The notes under the pieces were generated by a model. The model saw only the letters and a program-made list of their open reading frames with translations, was not told the DNA's origin and ran no database searches. A DNA stretch of 64,000 bases from NCBI GenBank assembly GCA_963773335.1, contig CAVZAT010000004.1:1667785-1731784 (forward strand), written 5' to 3'. This document shows, piece by piece, positions 47,437 through 57,546 of the stretch (position 1 is its first letter; every line of letters begins with the position of its first letter). The position numbers and the translations under genes were made by a program. This DNA comes from an uncultured Microthrixaceae bacterium (GTDB lineage: Bacteria > Actinomycetota > Acidimicrobiia > Acidimicrobiales > Acidimicrobilacustridaceae).

Positions 47437-48221
47437 TCATCGCTTGCGGAACCGGTCGTCCCAGATCGCCTGCGCCGCGTCCTGCACCAGGGGGGCGACG
47501 CCGTGCAGATCGATGCGGGCGACGGGGCCGGTCACCGAGATCGCCGCGATGGCGCGCCCCGCACCCCGGATCGGGGCGGCGACGCACGCCAAGCCCTCAT
47601 AGGACTCCTGGTGGTCGAACGACAGGCCCTCCGTCGCGCCGCGGCGAGGTCGGCGAGGAGCGCGTCCGGCGACGTGATGGTGCGGCTCGTCCGCCTCGGG
47701 AGGTCCTCCGCGAGTGCCTCGGCCGTTGCGACCGGATCGAAGGCCAGCATCGTCTTGCCCAACGCGGTGCAGTAGGCGGGTTGGCGCCCGCCCTGGCGGG
47801 TGGGCAACCTGAAGTCGCCCGGAGCGACCCGCTCGAGGTAGACCACGTCGGCCCCGTCGAGGATGGCCAGCTGCGCCGCCAGGCCGGTCGTCGCCGACAG
47901 TGCGTGCAGGTGAGGGGCCGCCGATTCTGCGAGCCGGCGCCGCCGGGTGGCCAGTCCGCCGATCTCGAACAGACGCATGCCGACCCGGTACCCGTCGACG
48001 TCACGCTCGAGCCAGCCGATCTGCACCAGCTGATCGGCCATTCGGTGGACGGTCGACTTCGGTAGTTCGGTTCTCTGGGTGAGCTCGTGGAGTGTCAGCA
48101 CCCCGTCGACGTCGTCGAACGCGCCGACGACGCGGTCGAGCCGGCCCAGCACCGACCGGCTCGCGCCGTCGGGGGCCGGCCCGGTAGCGGTCCCGTCTGC
48201 CCCGTCGGAACGAGCCGTCAC
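47437..48221 (-). pseudogene. IclR-family transcriptional regulator with one frame break near 47640.
   Basis: The HTH (LTLHELTQRTELPKSTVHRMADQLVQIGWL) and most of the effector domain are in ORF 47532..48584(-). The C-terminus (EGLSFDHQESYEGLACVAAPIRGAGRAIAAISVTGP...) is in another frame and ends at TGA 47439..47437. Confidence 0.65.
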
Positions 48222-49262
48222 CCCGAGGCCTCGGCGGCGCGGGCGGCGCTCAGCTCGGCGGCGATGTCGATGATCTGGTCCTCCTGACCGCCGACGAGCT
48301 TGCGCTCGCCACAGCGCATCAGGATCTCGGCCCCGGAGACGCCGTAGCGGTCGGCCGCCCGGTAGGCATGGCGCAGAAAGCTCGAGTAGACGCCCGCGTA
48401 GCCCATGATCAGGCTCATCCGATCGAGCACGCACTCCCCGTCCATCACCGGCCTGACCACGTCCTCGGCCACGTCGAACATGTCGAGCGGATCGATGCCG
48501 GTGCGCACCGCGAGCCGGTCGAGCACCGCGACCAACGCCTCGGTGGGCGTGTTGCCGGATCCGGCGCCGAAGGAGCGGGTGCACGCGTCGACCTGGGCCG
48601 CGCCGGACCTGATGGCCAGCACCGTGTTGGCGACACCGAGCGAGAGGTTCTGGTGCCCGTGGAACCCGACCTGGGCATCGATGCCCAGCTCGGCGACGAG
48701 CCCGGCCACCCGGTCACTCACCTGATCGAGGATCAGGGCGCCGGCCGAGTCCACGACGTAGACGCACTGGCACCCGGCGTCGGCCATGATGCGTGCCTGG
48801 GCCGCGAGCACGTCCGGCGCCTGGCTGTGCGACATCATCAGGAAGCCGACGGTCTCGAGACCGAGCTCGCGGGCGATGCCGAAGTGCTGCACCGAGATGT
48901 CCGCCTCGGTGCAATGGGTGGCGATGCGGATCGACGCGCACACCGAGGTCGTGGCACGCCCTGATGTCGTCCACTGTTCCGAGGCCGGGCAGCATGAGCG
49001 CGGCGATCTTCGATCGCCCTGCTGCGGTCGACACCGCCGTCTCCAGCAGGCGCCGCTCGTCGACGGCCGAGAAGCCGTAGTTGTACGACGAACCGGCCAG
49101 GCCGTCGCCGTGGCTCACCTCGATGACGGGCACACCCGCGAAGGCCAACCCGTCGACCACGCCCTGGATGTGGCGCTCGCTGAACTGGTGCGCTTTCGCG
49201 TGCGACCCGTCCCGCAGGGACGAGTCGGTGATCCGGACGTCGAGTCTGTCGGAGTACACCAT
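48218..49262 (-). pseudogene. 4-hydroxy-2-oxovalerate aldolase (HsaF/BphI/MhpE-type) with one frame break near 48945.
   Basis: RITDSSLRDGSHAKAHQF...[14 protein letters not shown] in ORF 48714..49262(-), and [13 protein letters not shown]...[16 protein letters not shown]... in ORF 48218..48943(-). Confidence 0.75.
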
Positions 49263-49263
49263 C

Positions 49264-50169
49264 TCAGTGAGCCTCTCGGGTCGCGGACCGGGCGATCTCG
49301 TCGCCGACCTTCGCGGCCGCCGCCGTCATGATGTCCAGGTTCCCGGCGTAGGGCGGCAGGAAGTCACCCGCGCCCTCGACCTCGATGAAGATCGCGACCC
49401 TGCCCCGCCCGTCGGGTGTGAACGCCCGGTCGAACTGCGGCGGCCGCAGGAGTCGATAGCCGGGCACGTAGGTCTGGACGTCGGCGACGACCTGTTCGAT
49501 CGATGCAGCGACGGCGTCCTCGTCGGCGTCGGCTCCGAAGGAGCAGTAGATCGTGTCGCGCATGATCAGCGGCGGGTCGGCCGGGTTCAGGATGATGATC
49601 GCCTTGCCCCGTCTCGCGCCGCCGATCGCCTCCACCGCCGCCGCCGTCGTGCGGGTGAACTCGTCGATGTTGGCGCGCGTTCCGGGACCGGCCGATCGCG
49701 ACGCGACGGTGGCGACGATCTCCGCGTAGGCGACGGGCGTGACCCGGGAGACGGCATGCGACCATGGGGATGGTCGCCTGCCCGCCGCAGGTCACCATGT
49801 TCAGGTTCGGTTCATCGAGGTGGTCGGCGAGGTTCACCGTCGGGACCACGAACGGTCCGCAGGCCGCCGGGGTGAGGTCGATGGCGCGGATGCCGGCCGC
49901 CCGGTACACGCGGCGCGTTCTCGAGGTGGATGGGAGCCGAGGTCGCCTCGAACACGAGGTCGGGCAGCTCGGGCCGATCGAGGAGCCAATCAACGCCTCC
50001 CGCCGACCCTTCGATGCCGAGCTTCCGGGCCCGCTGGAGACCGCTCGCTGTTGGGGTCGATCCCGACCATGTACCGGGGCTCGACGTTCTCGGTGCGCAG
50101 GAGCTTGTCGAGGAGGTCGGTACCGATGTTTCCCGATCCGACGATGGCGGCGACCAGCGACGAGCTCAT
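49264..50169 (-). pseudogene. Acetaldehyde dehydrogenase, acylating (HsaG/BphJ/MhpF-type), with at least three frame breaks.
   Basis: [25 protein letters not shown] (ATG 50169), [16 protein letters not shown] and [18 protein letters not shown]...[12 protein letters not shown] are found in three different frames. Confidence 0.7.
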
Positions 50170-50259
50170 GAGTCGATCCTCGTCCTCGCACGAGCCGCGG
50201 GCACACGCTGGTACCACCCAGCGGGATTGCACCGCACGGGCGCGTTCACCTCCCCTTGC

Positions 50260-51090
50260 TCAACCATGCTCGGAGAAGACCGCCCGCACCGAGCCAAGCC
50301 CCTCGATCACGGCTTCGTAGGTGGCGCCGGGCTCGGCCGGGACCAGCGCCCCGAGGCTCCCGGACAGGACGAGCTCGCCGGCCATGAGCGGCTCGCCGCG
50401 CTCGGCGACCTGGTTCGCGAGCCAGACGACGGCGGTGACCGGATGTCCGAGACACGCGGACCCGCGTCCCGAGCTGATCGTCTCGCCGCTCGTCGTCAGC
50501 GCCATCGTCATGTCCCGGAGGTCATCGATCTGGCGCATCGACCGGGGGGCGGACCCGGTGACGAACACCCCCGCGGACGCGTTGTCGGCGACGGTGTCGA
50601 AGATCGAGATGTTCCAGTCCGCGATACGGCTGTCGCAGACCTCGATGGCCGGCACCACGAAGTCGACCGCCCGCAGCACGTCGATCGTCGTGACCGGGCG
50701 TTCCGGGAGGTCAGAGCCGAGGACGAACGCCACCTCCGCCTCGATACGAGGCTGGAGCAGGCGGTCGAAGGGGATGGGCTGGGAGTCCCCGAAAGCCATG
50801 TCGGCGAAGAGGACGCCGAAGTCCGGCGTCGTCACGCCCATCTGCTGCTGGACCACGACCGAGGTCAGCCCGATCTTGCGACCGACGCGTCGGCGGGTGG
50901 CCGCGGTGCGCTCGCGGACCAGCTGTTGCACCTCGTAGCCGTCCTGGAGACCACCGTCGGGAAGGATCTCCCTGATGGGGAGGCACGGGCTCTGCCGTCG
51001 CGCCGCCTCGATCAGCGCCTCGGCGGCGCGACCCAGCGCCTCGGCGCGATCGTGGGGTGCCGGGCCGCCACCGGCCGACGTCGAGCTCAC
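50260..51090 (-). CDS. 2-keto-4-pentenoate / 2-hydroxyhexadienoate hydratase (HsaE/MhpD-type).
   Basis: ...GRKIGLTS...PRIEAEVAFVLG...GELVLSGSLG. GTG 51090 overlaps the stop of the upstream hydrolase. Confidence 0.75.
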   Translation of the reverse strand: MSSTSAGGGPAPHDRAEALGRAAEALIEAARRQSPCLPIREILPDGGLQDGYEVQQLVRERTAATRRRVGRKIGLTSVVVQQQMGVTTPDFGVLFADMAFGDSQPIPFDRLLQPRIEAEVAFVLGSDLPERPVTTIDVLRAVDFVVPAIEVCDSRIADWNISIFDTVADNASAGVFVTGSAPRSMRQIDDLRDMTMALTTSGETISSGRGSACLGHPVTAVVWLANQVAERGEPLMAGELVLSGSLGALVPAEPGATYEAVIEGLGSVRAVFSEHG

Positions 51091-51947
51091 CCCGGCTCCC
51101 GCGACAGGAACGAGAGCACCACGCTCTCGAACTCGTCCTTGCGTTCCAGCATCGACCAGTGGCCGCAGTCGTAGAAGACGTGCAGCTCGCATCGACGGAT
51201 CAGGCGCATCGGCGCGATGGCACCGTCGAGAGGGGTGACACGGTCGTCGCGACCCCAGGTGACCAGCGTCGGCGCCTCGATCTTGCGAAGCATCTCGAAC
51301 TCGGCGGTGTTGCCGAGCATCATCTCGCGCAGCACCGACAGCATCTCGCGGCTGTAGATCTGCCGGATCCCCGAAAGGGCGGCGGGATCACTGGCCGTCT
51401 GCCATCGCATCTCGACGAACTCGTCGGTGAGCACGGCCGGATCGAAGACCATTGACTGCATCCACTGCACGAGGCGTTCTCGGGTCGGCTCCTCGACGAA
51501 CTCGACCAGGCGGATGATGCCCTCCGACGGCATCGCGCTGAAGAAGGGCATGCCGACGCCACCGACGGTGACCAGACGGGTCACCCGCTCCGGATGCGTC
51601 CCCGCCACGCGCGCCGCGATCTTGCCCCCGAGCGAGTTGCCGAGGACCGTGGCGCGGTCGATCCCCAGGCCGTCGAGGAACGCCACCACAGCATCGGGTG
51701 CGTGCAGGACCGGGTTCTGCTCGGGCTGGTAGCTGCGTCCGAATCCCGGCAGGTCGAGCACGAGCGACCGGAAGCCGGCCGCGAAGGCCGGCAGGTTGTC
51801 ACCGAAGTTGGCCCAGCCGCTGACCCCGGGACCGGACCCGTGGACGAGGACGAGCGGAGGTCCCTCGCCGGCCTCGTGGTAGTGGAGCTCGCCGTCCGGG
51901 GTCGCGAGCGTTCGGCTGGTGGCGTCGGCGCTGAGCTTGGTCGGCAT
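51087..51947 (-). CDS. hsaD: Meta-cleavage-product C-C hydrolase, alpha/beta fold (HsaD/BphD-like).
   Basis: LHYHEAGEGPPLVLVHGSGPG, GNSLGG nucleophile elbow, WGRDDRVTPLDGA, CGHWSMLERKDEF. Collinear with my recollection of HsaD. Confidence 0.65.
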   Translation of the reverse strand: MPTKLSADATSRTLATPDGELHYHEAGEGPPLVLVHGSGPGVSGWANFGDNLPAFAAGFRSLVLDLPGFGRSYQPEQNPVLHAPDAVVAFLDGLGIDRATVLGNSLGGKIAARVAGTHPERVTRLVTVGGVGMPFFSAMPSEGIIRLVEFVEEPTRERLVQWMQSMVFDPAVLTDEFVEMRWQTASDPAALSGIRQIYSREMLSVLREMMLGNTAEFEMLRKIEAPTLVTWGRDDRVTPLDGAIAPMRLIRRCELHVFYDCGHWSMLERKDEFESVVLSFLSREPG

Positions 51948-53119
51948 CAGAGCGTCATCGCCGCCGGGCCCTGCGGGGGCAGACCCATCATCACGCCGGC
52001 GGCACCGTCGTAGACCCCACCGGCCACGAATATCCCGTGGTGCAGACCGGCGTGCACGCCGCGCCAGAACCGCTGGACCGACGTGTCGCGGCGAATCGAG
52101 TTGCCGCCGCAGACGGCGTAGACATCGTCGGCCGCCTTGGCCGCCCGCCAGGCGGCGCGTACCTGATCGCGGCGACAGGCGACCCGCTGCTGCAGGGGGA
52201 CGTCGTGCCCGGCGTCGAGCGCGTCGTACATCTCGCCGATGTTGAACAACAGCTGGGTGCGTGAACCGCGGATGTCGGCCGCGGCCTCACCGATGATGGC
52301 GCGGGAGTAGGAGTCCGACACCTGGGCCACACCCAGCGTGCTCACGCGGCTCTTCTGGTACTCGATGCCCTGCTTGAGCACCCCTTCGGCGATCCCCACC
52401 AGCGCCGCCGACACGGCGCACGGGAACATCACGGTCCAGGGCAGGCGGTACAGGGGCTGGGTGCGACCGGAGTCGATGGCGGCCCGACCGGTGACGACGG
52501 TGGCGAGGTCAAGGGTGCGGTAGGTGGGGATGAAGGCGTCTCGGACCACGATGTCCTTGCTCCCGGTCCCCTCGAGACCGATCACGTCCCACGAGTCGTG
52601 GACGATCTCGTAGTCGCCGCGAGGGAGCATCACGTGCAACATGGCGATCGGCCCGGCGTCCTCGCCGGTGACCTTGGCGCCGAGCACGATCCAGTCGCAC
52701 AGGTCGGTGCCCGACGAGAACTTCCACCGGCCGTTGAGCACGTACCCGCCGTCGGTCCGCGTCGCGGTCCCGCTGGGCGCGTACGGCGAGGCGACCCAGG
52801 TGTCGGGGTCCTCACCCCACACCTCCTCCTGCAGACGGCGGTCGTTGAACGCCAGCTCCCACGGGTGCACGCCGACCACGCCGGAGACCCATCCGGCCGA
52901 CGGGCACCAGTTCCCGACATCCATCACCGCGGCGAGGAAGTCGCGGGGATCGGCCTCGTAGCCACCGAAGTCGGCCGGCTGGAGAAGGCGCACCACGCCG
53001 CACTCCTTCAGCGCCTTGCCTGTCTCGTCGGGCAGCCGGCCGAGCTCATCGGCGGCCTCGGAGCTCTCGGCGAGGAAGCTCCCCGCCTCCTCGATCTTGG
53101 TCCGGACGTCGTGCGTCAC
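51947..53119 (-). CDS. hsaA: Flavin-dependent monooxygenase oxygenase component, acyl-CoA-dehydrogenase fold (HsaA-like).
   Basis: LGRLPDETGKALKECGVVRLLQPADFGG...AGWVSGVVGVHPWELAFNDRRLQEEVWGEDPDTWVASPYAP...GGYVLNGRWKFSSG...RRDQVRA...QRFWRGVHAG parallels my recollection of HsaA. GAGGAG lies upstream of GTG 53119. Confidence 0.65.
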   Translation of the reverse strand: MTHDVRTKIEEAGSFLAESSEAADELGRLPDETGKALKECGVVRLLQPADFGGYEADPRDFLAAVMDVGNWCPSAGWVSGVVGVHPWELAFNDRRLQEEVWGEDPDTWVASPYAPSGTATRTDGGYVLNGRWKFSSGTDLCDWIVLGAKVTGEDAGPIAMLHVMLPRGDYEIVHDSWDVIGLEGTGSKDIVVRDAFIPTYRTLDLATVVTGRAAIDSGRTQPLYRLPWTVMFPCAVSAALVGIAEGVLKQGIEYQKSRVSTLGVAQVSDSYSRAIIGEAAADIRGSRTQLLFNIGEMYDALDAGHDVPLQQRVACRRDQVRAAWRAAKAADDVYAVCGGNSIRRDTSVQRFWRGVHAGLHHGIFVAGGVYDGAAGVMMGLPPQGPAAMTL

Positions 53120-53279
53120 CTTGGTGCTCCTCGTGATCGGCCGGCCACTGCGGACCGACTGGCGCGGTCCGGGGGTGCGTCGGCTCCCCCGGAGTGGTTG
53201 TAACCGACGCGGACGCCGGCCAGATCCGGACCCTCCCGCCCACCGGGATCCCGTGGCGCAGCCGCACGGTCGGTCCGGA

Positions 53280-53879
53280 TCACGGGCCCTCCAGCATCTG
53301 CACGCAGGCGGCGACGATGCCGTCGACCAGGTCGTCCCACTGCTCGTAGGGCTGCTCGGCGGGCGCGGCGACGAACTCGGCGATCGCGTGCACGACGAGG
53401 CTGCCGCACAGCCACCGACGCTGGCTGCGCAGGGCGCGGGACAGCACCGGCAGACGGGCATCGATCTGGTCACGCACGTGCAGGAAGCTGTTCGTTCGCG
53501 GCAGCGCGTGGGAGACCAGATGGCTGTAGCGGTGACTGACCCGCAGCTGAGCGAAGAAGCCGATGTAGTGCTCGTGGCACCGACTCGCCTCGGCCAGCGG
53601 CACGACCACCGCCCGCATCAGCTCCTCGATCGTCGGGTCGGGGCCGAGGGCGGCGACCATCTCGGCACGACGGCGGTCGATGGGACCCATGCGCCGATCG
53701 AGGACCGCCTCGATGATCCCCTCTCGCGTCTTGAAGTGGTACTGGGCCGCGTTGTTGTTCCCCTGCCCGGCGCCGACGCTGATCTCGCGCATCGAGACCC
53801 CATCCGCGCCGTGCTCGGCCATCAGCTGCTCGGCCGCGTCGAGCAGGAGCTCGCGGGTGTCGGCCGCGTCCCGAGGCAC
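53280..53879 (-). CDS. TetR/AcrR-family transcriptional regulator.
   Basis: TRELLLDAAEQLMAEHGADGVSMREISVGAGQGNNNAAQYHFKTREGIIEAVL. Intact. Divergent from the tauD-like gene. Confidence 0.8.
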   Translation of the reverse strand: MPRDAADTRELLLDAAEQLMAEHGADGVSMREISVGAGQGNNNAAQYHFKTREGIIEAVLDRRMGPIDRRRAEMVAALGPDPTIEELMRAVVVPLAEASRCHEHYIGFFAQLRVSHRYSHLVSHALPRTNSFLHVRDQIDARLPVLSRALRSQRRWLCGSLVVHAIAEFVAAPAEQPYEQWDDLVDGIVAACVQMLEGP

Positions 53880-53940
53880 TACCGGTGCTCCGACAGGGCG
53901 CTGACGACCACTTGCGTGCGGAGTCGACCGACGGCATGAT

Positions 53941-53958
53941 GCGAAGTAAGCATTTCGC
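53941..53958. promoter_or_regulatory. Imperfect palindrome GCGAAGTAAGCATTTCGC in the TetR / tauD-like divergent intergenic region. Candidate operator.
   Basis: GCGAA...TTCGC arms. Located in the most AT-rich stretch of the 113-bp spacer. Confidence 0.35.
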
Positions 53959-53992
53959 TTATCTCTATCGCAGAACCAGCAGGAGGTCAACC

Positions 53993-54935
53993 ATGGGCGA
54001 CAGCGCGGTCGGTGCGCCGGAGTTCCACATCGAGGTCGTCCCTCTCTCCAAGCACACCGGAGCAGAGATCCGGGGGGTGGACCTCTCGTCCGAGCTCGAC
54101 GACGAGACCATCCGCCGCATCCGAGACGCGCTGCTGCGCTGGAAGGTCGTCTTCTTCCGCCACCAGCACCTCTCGCGAGACGCGCACGTCGCGCTGGGCT
54201 CGCGCTTCGGTGAGGTCGTCGGTGGCCACCCGACGTTGCCGCCCCGCTTCCCCGAGCGGCCCGAGATCCTCGTCGTCGAGAAGGACCCGCAGAGCGACGC
54301 ACCCGACGGTGCCGCCATCGACCATCGCTGGCACACCGACATCACCTACCTCGACGCGCCGCCCATGGGCTCGATCCTTCGCGCCGTGGAAGTTCCTCCC
54401 TACGGCGCCGACACCGAGTGGACCAACCTCGCCGCCGCCTACGCCGCCCTCTCCGAACCGGTGCGATCGATGATCGACGGGTTCACCGCCGTGCACGAGA
54501 ACGTGCTGCACCTCGTCCGGGGCGAGCCGACCCCGACGATGCGCGCCTTCATGGCCAAGCGGCTCCGCGCCCTCCACCCGGTCGTCACCATCCACCCCGA
54601 GACCGGTGAGCGGATCCTGTACGTCAATCCCGACTACACGGCCTACATCGTGGAGCTGTCGCGACGCGAGAGCAACCACCTCCTCGCCTGCCTCAACGAA
54701 CACCTGAGCGGGCGTGAGTTCACGGTCCGGTACCGGTGGGAGGCCGGCGACGTGGCGTTCTGGGACAACCGGTCGACGGCGCACGTCGCACCGAACGACG
54801 TGCCCGAGGGCTACCACCGGGAGATGGAGCGGATCACGCTGACCGGCACGAGGCCCGTCGGCGTGAACGGGGAGGTGTCGCGGTCCGCTCGAGGAGGATG
54901 CCGTCACGGCGACGGGCGACGGCGGGCCCCGATGA
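53993..54935 (+). pseudogene. TauD/TfdA-family Fe(II)/2-oxoglutarate dioxygenase (taurine dioxygenase / AtsK-like), with a probable single frame break near its 3' end.
   Basis: AGGAGG lies 7 nt upstream of ATG 53993. HRWHTDITYLDAPPMGSILRAVEVPPYGADTEW and WDNRSTAHVA motifs. The +1 frame ends in a TGA (54933..54935) that forms ATGA with the sulfatase ATG. Confidence 0.7.
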
Positions 54936-57212
54936 GCGACGGACGGGCGGCCTTCGGTGGTCACGTCGGCCGAACCGCGGGCGAGTCGACGCCCTGGTGG
55001 CCCGAGCCCGTCCGACCGGGACCGGAAAGCCCGAACGTCGTGTTGATCCTGCTCGACGACATGGGCTTCAGCGACGTCGCTCCCTTCGGCTCCGAGATCC
55101 CCACGCCCACGATCGACCGGCTGGCGGCCCGCGGGATCCGTTTCACCAACTACCACACGACCCCGCTCTGCTCCCCGTCCCGCGCCGCGATCCAGACCGG
55201 GCTGAACCCCCACCGTGCCGGGTTCGCCGGCGTCGCCAACTTCGACCCGGGCTTCCCGGGCTGGACGATGGAGATCAGTCCCGACATCGCCACCCTGCCC
55301 GAGGTCCTGCGGTCCGCGGGGTACGCGACCTACGCGGTGGGCAAGTGGCACCTCACCCGGGACGCCGCGATGAACGACGGCGCCGATCACGGCTCCTGGC
55401 CGGTCCAGCGGGGCTTCGACCGGTTCTACGGCATCTTGGAGGGCTGGACGAACCTGCACCAGCCGCACCGGCTCGTCCGGGACAACTCGCCGGTCGATGT
55501 CGACACCTACCCGGACGGCTACTACTTCACCGACGACATCACCGACGAGGCGATCGGCTACCTGAAGGGCCTGCGATCTCACGACGCCGAGCGCCCCTTC
55601 TTCCTGTACCTGGCGCACGGCGCCGTGCACGGACCCCTGCAGGCGAAGGCCGACGACATCGCCCGCCACCGCGGTCGGTACGACCGGGGCTGGGACACCA
55701 TCCGGCGCGAGCGGTTCGAGCGCCAGAAGCAGCTCGGACTCTTTCCCGCCGACACGACGATGGCCGCACGCAACAGCGAGGCCGGCCATGAGGTGCTGCC
55801 GTGGGACGACTACGCCGAGGAGGAGCAGGCGCGGTTCGCCCGCTACATGGAGGTGTACGCGGCGATGGTCGACAACGTCGACCAGAACCTGGCCCGGCTG
55901 CTGGAGGTGATCGAGGCCCTGGGGGATCTCGACAACACGGTGGTCGTCTTCACCTCCGACAACGGCGCCACCGAAGAAGGCGGTCCCACCGGGTCTCGGA
56001 GCTACTTCAAGCAGTTCGGCGGCTTCCGCGGGCTGACGGGCTGGGACGGCGACGTCACCCGCGACCCCGACCTGATCGGCGGGCCTCGCACCCTCGTGCA
56101 CTACCCGCGGGGCTGGGGGATGGCGTCGAACACACCGTTCCGGCTCTACAAGTCCTCGACCCACGCCGGCGGCGTGCGGGTCCCCATGATCGTGTCGTGG
56201 CCCGGCGGCATCCCGGCCCAGCACCACGGCGGGACCCGAACCCAGTACCAGTACGTGACCGACCTGTTCCCGACGATCCTGGAGTTGGCCGGTGTCGGTA
56301 CGCCCCAGGACCGCGACGGTTTCAGCTTCGCCGAGGCAGTGCGACGCGGCGCCGAGACCAGCACCCATCTCGAGCAGTACTCGGAGTGCTTCGGAAACCG
56401 GAGCTTCTACCGCGACGGTTGGAAGCTCGTGGCGCTCCACCCCCGCGGTGCACCCTACGACGGCAGCGACTGGGAGCTCTACGACCTCGGCACCGATCCG
56501 ACCGAGACGACCGACCTCGCGTCGACCCGACCGGAGATGGTCGACCAGCTCACCGAGGCGTGGGAGCGCGCCGCCGCACGAGAACCTCGTGTTCCCCCTC
56601 GACGACGGCACCGGGCTGCTCCAGCTGCTGCGTCGCCCCGACGAGGAGGCGTTCTACCGCGAGCTGCGGATCCTGCCCGGAACACCGACCCTGGAGCGCT
56701 ACCGATCGCAGAAGCTCATCGCCCTGCGGGACTTCGCGATCGAAGTCGAGCTCGTCCATCGCCCCGAGGATCAAGGCGTGCTGGTGGCCCACGGCGACCA
56801 GGGCGGCGGCTACACCCTCTACGTCGAGGACGGCGTGCTGACGTTCGGATACAACGAGTACGGCGTGATGCGCTACATCGAGGGCGGCGGTCTCGCCGCC
56901 GGCGCTCGCCGCGTCGCGCTCCGCGCCAGGACCGGTGCTCGATTCACGTGGGACTTCGAGCTCGCGGTCGACGGTTCCGCCGCGGGTGCGCTCGAGGGTG
57001 CCGAGATGTTGATCGGCTTCGCGCCGTTCCAAGGCATCGACGTCGGCATCGACCGCAGGTCGCCCGTGGTCTGGTCAGTGTTCGAGGAGCACGGTACGTT
57101 CCCCTATACGGGGGACCTGCTCGCCGTCACCTACCGACCGGGAGCGCCCGCGCCCTACGACCCTCAACATCTGGTCGAAGGGATGCGGTCGGCCGGACGG
57201 CAGCGGCAATAG
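54932..57212 (+). pseudogene. Arylsulfatase-family (formylglycine-dependent) sulfatase with one frame break near 56578.
   Basis: PNVVLILLDDMGFSD and TPLCSPSRAAIQTG (C-x-P-x-R). ...WERAA then shifts frame to HENLVFPLDDG... (ORF 56292..57212). Confidence 0.75.
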
Positions 57213-57221
57213 CCACCAGCC

Positions 57222-57463
57222 CTGATGTCGTCGCCTACTACGCCTGGCGCATGGCCCAGCTCGATCTCGAGTCCGGTCCTCCGCGCCTCCGCAAAGGCGC
57301 CGGTCGCTACCCCCAGCCCGTCGCGCTCCTCGCCCGACTCGGCGTGCACGTCGACCACGAAGGTCGGGGTATCGGCGCCGGCCTCCTCGTAGATGTCGTC
57401 ACCCGCCTCGTCGACCTCAGCGACGACATAGGGGCTGAGACGGGTCGAGGGGGCCGAGCCTGA
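57222..57463 (+). pseudogene. Remnant of a GNAT-family acetyltransferase (TA-toxin-like), truncated at both ends.
   Basis: VVAYYAWRMAQLDLES...RYPQPVALLARLGVHVDHEGRGIGAGLLVDVVTRL. Confidence 0.4.
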
Positions 57464-57546
57464 CCCGTCACGGACCGCAATGGACGCCTGACCTCTTCTA
57501 CCAGGACCTCTACGACCTGGAGCGGACGACAGTGGATGGCTTGGTC

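Noticed and set aside
53885-57463. A 1192-aa ORF that looks like a natural TauD-sulfatase(-GNAT) fusion protein.
   Set aside because: The +1 frame of the dioxygenase terminates in a TGA that forms an ATGA overlap with the sulfatase ATG at 54932, the usual coupled two-gene arrangement. A single indel near the dioxygenase 3' end explains the read-through. Past about 56578 the long ORF is in the wrong frame for the sulfatase; the true C-terminus is in ORF 56292..57212.
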